A stretch of 64,000 bases of DNA, taken from positions 71,548,001 through 71,612,000 of the forward strand of contig CM059432.1 of NCBI GenBank assembly GCA_030390025.1. Direction: 5' to 3'. Under the pieces are notes generated by a model, which worked only from the letters and a program-made list of their open reading frames with translations, did no database searches and had not been told where the DNA came from. The DNA comes from Squalus acanthias (Eukaryota). The position numbers and the translations under genes were made by a program. Positions 11,969 to 23,469 of this stretch are shown piece by piece. Every line of letters starts with the position of its first letter. The first letter of the stretch is position 1.

Positions 11969-13254
11969 AATAAGTGCTGTTGGCATCATTGGGGGGCTAG
12001 CTTGAAGCTGTTATAAATTCTGGCAGCACAAGGGAACTGAATTAACACAACATAGTTGAAATGGTGTGATTGGTAAAAGCACCCTAGGATAATGATTATC
12101 TCTGCTCACATCAGTTCAACCTCTTCATATTGTTAGGTTCAGTAACCTTTGAAGCCAGTTTCCTCAATTATTTTGAAATCAATCACTGTTTAAAACAAAA
12201 AGAATAACAAATTAATGGCCCTGAAATTACCGTGGGATATAATTACATGAACACTTGATGCAATTGTCTGAAATTTCTCTCTCTGCTATTTTACAGATAC
12301 ATCCTCCTCCCAATTCTCCACCCACAGACTGAATATGACACCCCTGTTCCCTCACTTTATCCTACCCCCACTCCCCTCTCCAGGTATGTCCTGGCCCTCT
12401 TTTCTTCGTGGCCATCCATTGGTTAGGACTCCTCCGTAGGTGTCCAGTGCACACACCTGAAACTAACATCAATTTCAGGCCTCTTTGCACCCTGAATCAG
12501 GCACCCTCGAATGTCCAGACCACTGTGTTTTAAATGCTGGAATTATTTAAAGTGAGTCTGGAACTTTGCACTCAAATGCAATTTGGTTTTTGGGCCAAGG
12601 TCTGACTTAAATTAGTTAACTTTGTTGCAGCACTAGGGGTGCACCATTTACCAAATTTAAACCGTGGGATTTTGGGAGTCCACAATTGCGTTCAGCACCT
12701 CTTAATGCTCCTGCTGGCAGGAGTGCCTCCGACATGAACTGCATAATGTTTTTGCTCCATCAAGATTCAGCTTGTGTGTGAGTATCTACACATCACGTAA
12801 GCAGTATTGGCTGCACAGCTTAATTAAGAGGTGGCAGGGGACCTGTCTACCTTGCCTCTCCTAGTCAGGTTTATTGAATTTCTTTCCACACTGCAGCCAT
12901 GTCATCTGCACACTGCTGTTGGCAGTCAACATATCAACCACCTCCTGCCAAGTTCTTCACCCCACAATTTTGGTAACCTTGCGGTATGGCAGAGGAATAA
13001 TATTTTCTTTCTCTAATCTACTTCCTGGAGCAAGGTCTTGGTGGCCTCTTCATCAGAACAGGGGGCTGTTCTTCTTCCCTCACTGCTGTCAGACATTCTC
13101 CAGGAAAAATAATCAAGCAAAATCAGGAAGACAAAATGATAGTAAGACCTGCAAAAAGGGAATACGAAAAGAAACTTGTGATGGATATCAAGATTAACAC
13201 AAAAAGTCTTTACAATTGTATTAGAAGAAAAAGGGCAGTCAAGGGTAATGAAGG

Positions 13255-13381
13255 CAATGTTTCCCTGAAGGTGTGCGGCCGTGCACCAATCACGAGGTCC
13301 CACACAGGCCGTTTACCAGGTCCGGCCGCTGCAGCAAATTTAAAGGGACCGCGCACAAAAAAATAATTAGAGGGAAGATTG
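13255..13381. mobile_element. Small hAT-like MITE inserted in CR1
   Basis: Imperfect TIRs CAATGTTTCCCT / AGGGAAGATTG. 8-bp flanks AATGAAGG and AATGTGGG (6/8 match). Removal restores CR1 GNVGP. Confidence 0.65.
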
Positions 13382-14222
13382 AATGTGGGCCCTTTAAAAC
13401 AGATGAGGGTAATATGGCAAATGAAAATAAGGAAATAGCAGACTTGTTGAATAATTACTTTGTGTCAGTCTTCACAGTATTACAGTATTGGAGAAAATAA
13501 TGTCACTAAAGACTGACAAATCCCCTGGACCTGATGGTTTCCATCACAGAGTTTTAAAGAAAGTAGGTGAGGAAATTACAGATGCTTTAGCCATAATATT
13601 CCAAAGCTCTCTCGATTCAGGAATTGTACCTTTAGATTGGAAAATTGCAAATGTTTAAGAATTTAAGAAAGATGAGAGAGAGAAACCAAGAAATTATAGA
13701 TCTGTTAGTCTAACATCTATTGTGGGGAAGTTATTGGAATCTATAATTAAGGACAAAGTCTCTGATTATTTAGAGAAATTTGAGTTGACTAGAGAGAGCC
13801 AACATGAATTTGTAAAGTGTAGGTCATGTCTAATCAACCTAATTGGTTTTTTTTGAGGCAGTAACTAAAATAGTAAACAGGGGACTGTCTATGGATATAG
13901 TTTATATGGACTTCCAGAAGGCATTCAATAAGGTTCCACATAAGAGACTGCTAGCTAAAATTAAAGTTCATTGAATTGAAGGCAAATTATTGACCAGATT
14001 AAGAGATTGGTCAGGCAGTAGAAGACAGAGAGTAGACATAATGGGTACGTACTCAAATTGGAAGGAAGTGACTAGTGGTGTCCCACAAGGATCTGTGCTG
14101 GGGCCTCAACTATTCACTATAATTAATGATTTAGATAACATATATCCAAGTTTGCTGATTACACAAAGATAGGTGGCATAGCAAATAATGTAGAAGGGAG
14201 CATAAAATTACAAAGAGACATT

Positions 14223-14987
14223 GGGCCAGAAATTCGGCACTTGCCGGGTGAGTACACGCTGTTTACTCACCCGTAAGGCCACCTGAAGTGCCGGTTTCCT
14301 GCATGCATTGCGCATGCGCGGGAAACCAGAACTTCCGTTCCCCTGAAGGGAGGGGTTCAGAGGTGAACCACGTGCCCGGGAGAGGCTGCGTGCACGCAGC
14401 AAACTTCATTTTTTTTCAGGTTTCTCCGGGAAGGTAAGTATGGAAGAAGCTGCGCTTTTAAAAAGGAGGCGCAAGACCCGTTTTTAACAAGGTAAGTGGT
14501 TAATTAATTACAATTTAAAAAAAATTTCAACAGGTTTATCTTTTTTAGATACTTTAAAGAAAGGTAAGTTTACTTTTAGCACTGTTAAAAAGTATTTTAA
14601 TTTTTTCAAAAATTTAAATTTTTGTTTAAAGTAGTTAATTTATTTAACTTATAGTTATTTTAAAAATGTGATGGTTTTTTAAAAAATTTATTTGAAGTTC
14701 AGGTGTTGTTTTGGGGCCGATTTCAATTCATAGATTTGACAGGTCTTCCTGTCAAATCTATGAATGAAAGATGGTCTGCTGCCATTGGCTCTCCATGGCC
14801 CACGTGACCCCAGGGGACGCATCGCACTAACTACGCCCCTGGGATACGCAAGCACTGCGCGCCAGCAGCTGCAGGAGGCCCAGGAGCTGAAGTCCCCGTG
14901 GGCCCAGAGGTCAACGGCAGGTGCGGTAGGTAGGTGCACGCACGATCCTTGCACCTGCGGGAAGCCAGGGAGCCGAATTTCTGGCCC
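14223..14987. mobile_element. Harbinger-type MITE ('family C')
   Basis: Perfect 16-bp TIR GGGCCAGAAATTCGGC, TSD ATT. The empty site restores CR1 KLQRDIDRL. Confidence 0.92.
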
Positions 14988-16269
14988 ATTGATAGATTAA
15001 GTGAGTGGGCAAATCTGTGGTAGATGAATTTCAACGCAGGTAAGTGTGAGGTCATCCAATTTGGACCAAAAAAGGATCGATCTGAGTAATTTTTTTAAAT
15101 GGTGAAAAGCTAGGAAAAGTGGAGGTCCAAAGAGATTTAGGAGTCCATTTACATAGATCATTAAAATGTAGTGGCCAGGTACAAAAAGACTAATGGATGC
15201 TAGCCTTTATATCTAGAGGGCTAGAATATAAAGGGAAGTTTTGCTACAGCAACACAAAGCCCTGGTTAGACCACATCTGGAGTACTGTGTACCGTTCTGG
15301 CCACTGTACCTTAGAAAGGATATATTGGCCTTGGAAGGAGTGCATCACAGATCTACTTGAATGTTATCAGGGCTCCAAGGGTTAAATTATGAGGAGCGAT
15401 TACATAAACTAGGCTTGTATTCCTTGGAATATAGAAGGTTAAAGGGTGATTTGACTGAGGTTTTTAGGATTTTGAAAGGAATTGATAGGGTAGATAAGAG
15501 AAAAACTTTTCCACTGGTGGGGAAGTGTAGGACAAGGGGACATAATTTTAAAATCAGAGCCAGGCCATTGAGGAGAGAAGTTAGGAAACATTTCTTCATA
15601 CAAAGGGTGGTAGAAATGTGGAACTCTCTCCAACAAAAAGCAGTAGATGCTAGCTCAATTAATAAATTTAAATCAGAGATCGATATATTTTTACTAGCGA
15701 AGGGTATTAAGGGATATGGAGCCAAGGCGGGTGGATGGAGTTAGGATACAGATCAGCGATGATCTCATTGAATGGAGGAACAGGCTCGAGGGGCTGATTG
15801 GCCTACTCCTGTTCCTATGTTCGACCCCAAAGTAAAAGATACAACTATAACTGAAGGCAGAGCAGAAAAAAAAACTCTAAAGGGATCCAGTAGAACATTG
15901 AAGAAAAAAATGCCAAAATCTGGCTGCCTCAAAAAAGAATGCGTTTAAGCTGTTGCTCAGAACTTGTTCCCCATTATAGGCACATGCCTAGTGATAGGAC
16001 GCAACATTCCCTGGAAAACATCCGAATGTGGAAATAGGGGCAGGTTTGGGTGCATTCCATCAGAGCACACTTATGGTGCACTCCACATTCAATGTACTCT
16101 TACACAACAGCCACAAGAAAATTGATTATGTTCCTTCTGCATAATTCCTTTATTGCATCTTAAACAGTTTTGTCACATTATAATTTGTACATTGCTTATA
16201 CCCCATGACCTGTCCTAAACACTTTTTCTTTCAGTACCTGCATGAAGCTGTATAAACAAGCCATCATTG

Positions 16270-16600
16270 TGGAGTGACCCTTCGTGGAAGGTGTGTTTGT
16301 TATGTGGATATCAGGTGAGGACAAGATTGAGCTTGGCTGTGATACCTCTCATGATCAAATAGCTTACTGACACTCAGGGGGTAATTTTAACTTCACCACC
16401 TGGGCAGTAATGTGACATAATGGATCACCCACCCATTGTAGAACTCATCTGAATTTGATTCCATTGAATTCAATGTGATTAAAATCAGACCAATTCTGAT
16501 TTGAGTGATCCCCGCACTGTCCTTGGCTGCCTTGTGAAGAATAGCCACCTGAGCAAGACACCATAGTTTGCATTGCCCTATCTAGTGCGAGCCATCAGTT
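16270..16600 (+). mobile_element. AmnSINE2-like SINE fragment interrupted by a small MITE remnant (~16377-16525)
   Basis: GGTGAGGACAAGATTGAGCTTGGCTGTGAT...AAATAGC...GAAGAATAGCCAC is shared with 44225-44600. The insert starts GGGGGTAATTTT. Confidence 0.45.
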
Positions 16601-17909
16601 CACCCTCTATAACTGTGGTAGAAATGATCCATGAAACAAATAATTCCTATTCCCTAACACTATATATTCTAGAAGATAACAAACAACAGATACCAAGAAT
16701 AATAATGCAAAGTACAGATGGCACTTAGATTTTATTAAATCATCCGAACCCTCTGATAAGTCTTATTACTCACTCCCACATATCCATAATTGTGGATGTT
16801 ATCACTCAGTGCTTTGTAAGCCCAGTGCTGCTTTGCTGAGCAATTCTGTTCTGATGCAAAGAGCACTAATTTGTTGTAGTATATTAGATGATTGATTGCA
16901 TTTAAATTAGTCAAATAAGAAAACATATTTTGTGTTATTGAAAACCGTTATTCAATTTGACGGATTAAAGGGATTTATGGTCCATTGTATCACTCGTAGG
17001 CATCATTTCATCAGCATTCAAATTTAGACTGCTAATCCGTTGGTCATTTACCGTGATAGATGATTTAACGACGGCTGTGGACTCGGCAATGATTGCGAGG
17101 CCAGCATGTGACGCAGATGCATAGTCAAACTCTGTGCTCAGGGGGCAATTGATTTGCGCTTTGCTGCTAGATCTTGTGAACATTTCTCTTTTAAGGTAAC
17201 TTCTAAAGGTTGCGAACATTCCTTGCACAACCAATTATAAGAAAACTGAAAAACATTATTCACCACATTTCTGCAACTGGAACAAATATAACGTTTGAAA
17301 TCATTCTTCGACAATAACAATCAGCGACATTTCATTTGGGGAGGTTATTGAATTCATGCGTTCCACAGAAATGTTGAAAAATTGCATTGCGATGTATCAG
17401 TGCTTTAAAGTGAACTTACTGCTTTAACATAGAGTAATAGGAAAACATTGAAATGATCTGACACTTTGCTATGTTTGTAAACATCTTGTTGTATAGTTCT
17501 TACCAAGACTATGAATGCAAATTTAATAGGCATGCACTGTGTGCAGGCGATGTTAAACTCTGAGCCGGGGAAGGGAGAAGGGTTATGTTCGCAATTTGTA
17601 TCGAAATACATGCACTTAGGATTTTGCCACAATGTAAAAAGGAAATCTTTCCCCTCATGTTTCATAGATACTTCATTTTATTCTTTCTTGAGACTGTAAA
17701 AGTTAAATTATGACAAGATAGAATTGAATTTAACTGGGGCATCTTCTTTTAATATTTCTTTATTGATCCTCATTTATTTTTTAAAAGACTGGACAAAGAG
17801 TTATTATTTTGTTTGAGACTATTTTTCAATGGTCACTACTTGAGGTCATCCTACATTCCTAATAAGGCCACATCATTTTGTACTGTGCTACTGCACAAGT
17901 CATTAATTT

Positions 17910-18218
17910 AGCTGGACTTTGGCCAGCTTTAATTTTACAGATTTTTTTCCTTCATCTTTATTGACATATATAGCTGGACTTCGGCCAGCTTTAATTTTAC
18001 AGATTTGTTTTCTTCATCTTCATTGACATATATAACTGGACTTCGGCCAGCTTTAATTTTACAGATTTTTTTCCTTCATCTTCATTGCCATATATAGCTG
18101 GACTTCAGCCAGCTTTAATTTTACAGATTTGTTTTCTTCATCTTCATTGACATATATAGCTGGACTTCGGCCAGCTTTAATTTTACAGATTTGTTTCCTT
18201 CATCTTCATTGACATATA
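17910..18218. repeat. Minisatellite, 5 x 62 bp
   Basis: Units start at 17910, 17972, 18034, 18096, 18158. Consensus AGCTGGACTTCGGCCAGCTTTAATTTTACAGATTTGTTTTCTTCATCTTCATTGACATATAT. Confidence 0.97.
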
Positions 18219-18259
18219 GTTGAATGTTTTTCAATGATAACTCAATAAGTAGGAAGAGT

Positions 18260-19290
18260 GGCCCTGAATTCGCAATTAGTATGATGGCGTACTCTCAGCG
18301 TCATACCGCCTTTGAAATTGACTGCAAGCTTGGGATTTCGCATGCGCAAAATCACGAACTTGCGATCTGTCAAGTTCCGAATAGACAGGTGATTCGCTGC
18401 GACTATCAAGTTCTCATTCAAATGATGTGCTGGCGAAAAGTTGGGATAATTGCCCACCTACTGAGCATTAATTACCCAGAAAATGTTAATGTCTGGTGCA
18501 AACAGGTGCAGGAGCCTGTTGCACAGCGTAAGGGGAGGAGGGGAGGAGAACATTGTATTAGTTGATGGCTGCTGACTGACTCGTTGAGTGTTTCCAGCAT
18601 TTTCTGATTAAAAATTTACTGACCAGACATCTTTTCATGTGTCAAAATCTTTCCCGATGAGTTTTTCAACCTAAAAATTAAGCACAGTAAACACCGACCA
18701 TAGATTGGGTATATTAGTTTAAGGGCAAAGTTTTTGTGTGCCGATTATTTCTCAACATATTACAATAAAAAAAACTATTTTGTACTGGGGTTTGCTACTT
18801 TATGGGCACAATGGAGCATCTAATGCAATATTCTTACAAATGCAGTATTATTATTTACACATAGTTATGAAAGATGTTTGATAAAATGTATATCTGGCAT
18901 AACTAAAATATAGATACCTACCTTTTTAAATCCCTTCAACCAACATTTCCAATTAAGAGTGGCTATTAAACGCTATGTAGATTGTAAATATATGCCAGTA
19001 GAAGACATCTGTCTTCTATTGACATATATTTACAATCCTGTTTTAGCAATCTCCTCTGTTTCCTGATTGGCTAAGAGTCAGGAAGTGAAAGGAATATCGC
19101 CCCACGTGATCCCAGGTTCGCATACGCACAACGGTGCATCCCTGGGATCCATGGGCTACTACACTGGGCACAACTCTGCAGCGTCTGAAAGCAACGTCAT
19201 GAAGGGAGGTTCGCACGAGGTAAGTGTGGATTTTGTTCAGATGTGGGCGGCGTACTCCTTAGCTATGCTACCGACCGCAAATTCAGGGCC
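18260..19290. mobile_element. Harbinger-type non-autonomous element
   Basis: TIR GGCCCTGAATT(C/T)GC matches 13/14. TSD AGT at 18257-18259 and 19291-19293. CpG-rich subtermini, AT-rich core. Confidence 0.85.
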
Positions 19291-19434
19291 AGTATGTGTT
19301 GTCAAAGTCTGTGAGCCGCACTCAGACTGGGATCTGCAGCTTGCTACTGTTCTCTATGCCCCTGTATATACACTGCAGTCAGTCAGTGTGGCCAAACTGA
19401 CATTAGTTAATGCACCTTATTTGTGCCATTTAGG

Positions 19435-19688
19435 TTTTTTTAAATTCGTTTATGGGATGTGGGCGTCGCTGGCAAGGCCAACATTTATTGTCCATCCCTA
19501 ATTGCCCTTGAGAAGGTGGTGGTGAGCCATCTTCTTCAACCACTGCAGTCCGTGTGGTGAGGGTACTCCCACAGAGCTATTAGGGAGGGAGCTGCAGGAT
19601 TTTGACCCAGCGACGATGAAGGAACGGCGATATACTTCTAAGTCAGGATGGTGTGTGACTTGGAGGGGAACTTGGAGGTGGTGGTGTA
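19435..19688 (-). mobile_element. 3' end of non-LTR retrotransposon (same family as 39540-42037)
   Basis: Reverse complement matches 41780-42030. Confidence 0.9.
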
Positions 19689-20152
19689 ACAAAGACTTGA
19701 TTGACCGTGACAGTGGTAATGTATGCTGAATTTCAAGGCAACTTTATACAGCGGGACTGCCCCCAGTAGGAACTGAGTTGGGGCTGCCCATCTGTATGGA
19801 GCAATATAGTGATTTTAAATTGAGTAGACACTTTGGAATAGGTATCATGATCCATACACCAAAATAATGAGCAGTTGAAGAGCCCTAGTTACAACACAAA
19901 AATCACTTAGTCACTAATAACTAACTATGGAAAAATAGTTTAGTGTAAACACAGTAATTAACAATGAGGCAGGACATTGTGACAACTACAGGGAGCTGAC
20001 ACTAAGTCATTTTGCAGTTGAATTACTTTTGCCTGGGGTTTTTCACAAATTAAATATGACTCAGAAGGTTAATGCTGAATTCTGCAACTTTGTATTGAAA
20101 TAATAAACTTTACATAAGTAACTGGCAGAAACACCAAAAAGGGAAACTTAAA

Positions 20153-20885
20153 GGCCCAGAAATTGATCTCGCTCTGTTCCCGCGGGGGTAAGCCTTCCCC
20201 GCGATGTCTCACCTCGCTTATGCTTTTTCAGATCCAGCTCGCACGAACTTGATGTTCCAGACATCAGCTGTGCTGGGCTTGCGTATCCCAGCGGCGCAGT
20301 GAATTTGTGCGAGCTGTGGGATCACGTGACTCAGTTAGAGCCAATGGCAGCACACCATCTTCCATTCATAAGTCTCACAGCATGGCTGTGAAATCTATGA
20401 ATCTTACACCCTCCCAAAATAACAGCTAAACCTCAATTAAATTTTAAAAAAAACCCATCACATTAATAAAATAAGTATAGTTAATTAAATTAACCATTTT
20501 AAATAAAAAATTAAATTTAAAAATCTTTTAAAAAGTTATAAAAATAAACTTACCTGTCTTTAAAGTCTCTAAAAAAGATATACCTGTAAAAAAAAATTCA
20601 AAAAAATACTTAATTCACTACTTACCTTCTTAAAAGCGGGTCTTACTCCTCCTTTTTACATTTCCAAAATCTTCCCTACTTACCTGCGCGTCCAAAGCAT
20701 GAAGTGCACAGCGTGCGCACAGCCTGTAGCGCGCACGCGATGCACCGAGGACCCGCCCCCTTTTCAGAAGAGCAATTGCCGGTTTTCAGCGCATGCGCAG
20801 GGCATGCAGAAAACCGGCAATTGGAGTGGGAATACGCGAGAGTACGCAGTGCGTACTCTCGCGTCCCGGGATCAATTTTCGGCCC
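20153..20885. mobile_element. Family-C Harbinger-type MITE, inverted relative to 14223 and 21344 copies
   Basis: TIRs GGCCCAGAAATTGATC / GATCAATTTTCGGCCC. Core homologous to 14400-14830. Confidence 0.85.
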
Positions 20886-21343
20886 ATTGAGCAGACTGAC
20901 TGTTCCCAATTGAAAGCAATAACAGCCCTATTTTGGATGAGTGAGCATTAAGGCATCTAAGGAAGTTTTGCAGTGCTAAAAGTGGATACATTTACATGTT
21001 ATAACTTACTGTTGGTGGTAACTTGCTCAGGTATTGCTTGATATTCAAATTTGCCACTTCAGTAAATAGGAGGAAGGTCATTGACCTATGCAAATGAACG
21101 TGACCTCTTATGCCAGTGATGTTAAAGGCAGGAAAGTATCATGTAAAGCAAAAGCACAAAGATGACCACGTGTTTAGAAGCTGGACTTTCACTTTTGCAA
21201 AAACAAGTCAAATAATCAAATAAATATATTTGCTCTTTTTCAGCCCAAATTGTCTTTACCAACCACAAGGTGTAAGAGGGCTTGGTTCATGATAGCACAA
21301 AACAGCAATAACTTGCATTCACAAAATTTGGCTTATAATCAAA

Positions 21344-22331
21344 GGCCCAGAAATTGGGCTACTTACCGCCACTTGTTACCGTCCCAAAGCGCTTTACAGC
21401 CAATCAAGTACTTGTTTTTAAAGTGTAGTCACTGTTGTAATGTAGGAATCGCAGCAGCCAATTTGCACACAGCAAGCTCCCACAAACAGCACTGTGATAA
21501 TGACCAGATAATCAGAAACATTGTGGGCAAAAATGTTTTGAGCTGAAGGGTGCAGAGGCAAGTCTAACTAACGGCAGATGCCATTAGATGCCCTACTACA
21601 GCAAATTCTAGCCCATTGAAAAACTCTTGTGTCTAAGTTCCTGTGCATTGTGGAGATGAAAAATCGGGAGAGATGTATAATGGATGGCTAAATCGATAAT
21701 GCCCATTTTACACTATCACTCAAAGTTAAAAAGACCCCCTGCGCTACAGGCTGCGCGCACGCAGTGCACTTAGTGCTTTGAACGCGCAGGTAAGCATGGA
21801 AGATTTTGCACATAAAGAAAGGAGGCGTAAGACCCTCTTTTAACAAGGTAAGTAGTTAATTAAGTATTATTTTTAAAAATTTTCAACAGGTTTATCTTTT
21901 TTAGAGACTTTAAAGAAAGGTAAGTTTATTTTTATAACTTTTTAAAAGATTTTAAATTTTTTCAAAAATTTAATTTTTTGTTTAAAGTGGTTAATTTATT
22001 TAACTATACTTATTTTATTAATGTGATGGCTTTTTTTTTAAATTTAATTGAGGTTTAGCTGTTCTTTTGGGGGGGTATAGATTCATAGCTTTGACAGCCC
22101 TTGCTGTCAAAACTATGAATGAAAGATGGTGTGCTGCCATTGGCTCTAACTGAATCACGTGATCCCAGAGCTCGCACGAACTAACTCTGTCTCTGGGATA
22201 CGCACACACTGCACAGCTGCAGCCTTGAAACTAAAGTTCGTGTGAGCTCGGAGGGAAAAGGTAGGCGCGCAGTGAGATATCGCGGGGAAGCCTTACCCCC
22301 GCAGGAACGCTCCGTCTTTAATTTCTGGGCC
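21344..22331. mobile_element. Family-C MITE with internal foreign sequence (~21375-21740)
   Basis: GGCCCAGAAATT ... AATTTCTGGGCC. 21760-22310 is the reverse complement of 20175-20720. Confidence 0.7.
21378..21513 (-). mobile_element. Deu-domain SINE 3' fragment
   Basis: Reverse complement reads GATTATCTGGTCATTATCACAGTGCTGTTTGTGGGAGCTTGCTGTGTGCAAATTGGCTGC...ACAACAGTGACTACACTT...GTAAAGCGCTTTGGGA, matching the recalled Deu-domain/L2-tail consensus. Confidence 0.7.
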
Positions 22332-23079
22332 ATTATAAATGCTTATTAGAATGATGCAAATGTGGACTTGAATTCACAATTCGATAGGGGTGCTTTCCTG
22401 GAATTGAATAATTTATTTAATTTGTCATACCACTATTCAATTCTAAACTGGGAGAGATGAGCAGGATTTCCAAACTGAAGGTTATTCAGTGCACATTCTT
22501 TTCATATAATCCGTTAAAATTTGACAAGGCAGTCAGTTTTTAATTTGACTACACGCAATTAAGTTGTCACGGATTGGCTGATGATTCAGCTATGATTTAT
22601 AAATCAGTTAAGAAAATGTAATTATTTACCCTATTTTGCCCAATAATCAAGTCTTTTAACGATTCATGCCCTGAATATAGTATTAAAATGATGAAGCATG
22701 TCTGTCCTGAAGAAGATGGGTTTGTTTGTAAGTGGTTTTATTTTAACTTTAAAGCACCTCTGATGTCACCACATTATCTTGGTTTGCTTGAAATTAACCT
22801 GCTTTAAAATCAGAATTTTTTCCATAGTCAAGCAGCTATGCTTTTTGTAGAGGATACTATGGCTTGAATTCACCTTCCATTGGCGGGTTTGCTGTCCAAA
22901 CAACCGCCTATGTGAAACGGTCACTAACCTGCCACAATTTCCTCTGATAACCCTCATTAGCCGCATAGTGTGGTTTGGAGGCCAGAAAAACACTCGCCAT
23001 TGGCTTGTCACGGCTGGGATTCAGGGAAATACAGTTTTGGGGTGCAGCTAGTTAAAGTGCAACATAACTTCTGAGCAAG

Positions 23080-23360
23080 ATGGCAAAAGAAACAGCAGCC
23101 TCAGTGGTGTCAACAGTTGAAAGGGACACAAGATTTTCTGATGAGTTGGGGAGGTGCGGATTAATGTCTTTCAATGACAGAACTGAGGGCTAGGATCCAT
23201 CTTATGGGCACTGAGGGCAGGAGGCCCATAGGACAGTGGTGCAGGCTGACCGGAGGGAGGCAGCAGAGGTAGTCAGTGCAGCCCACCACCCTAAAAACTG
23301 CCACACAGTGCAGAAAGAGGTTCAATGCCCTCATAAGGGTGGCAAAGATAAGTCAAGGTT
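23080..23360 (+). pseudogene. Ancient Harbinger Myb/SANT exon remnant (probably continued at ~25650-26640)
   Basis: KTATQCRKRFNALIRVAK trihelix motif, followed by a donor-like AAG-ataagt. Confidence 0.5.
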
Positions 23361-23469
23361 CCAGTGCTAATAAACATTCTCTACCACTCATACAGCTTCA
23401 CTCACTCTTAGAGAGAGTGCCGTTCCTCCACAGAAGGGGAGATATGACCGCCCTCTGCTAAGGAGACTA

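Larger units (their letters stand above)
13095..15822 (+). mobile_element. 5'-truncated CR1 LINE (ORF2 RT region and 3' UTR), decayed, with two nested MITEs
   Basis: [25 protein letters not shown] and LNYEERLHKLGLYSLE motifs. 3' end GGCCTACTCCTGTTCCTATGTTC. Confidence 0.92.

Noticed and set aside
16965-17234. 89-aa minus-strand ORF
   Set aside because: No recognisable domain or splice context; length expected by chance.
17910-18218. CRISPR-like array (palindromic repeats)
   Set aside because: Whole 62-bp units repeat with no unique spacers, there are no cas genes, and the context is eukaryotic.
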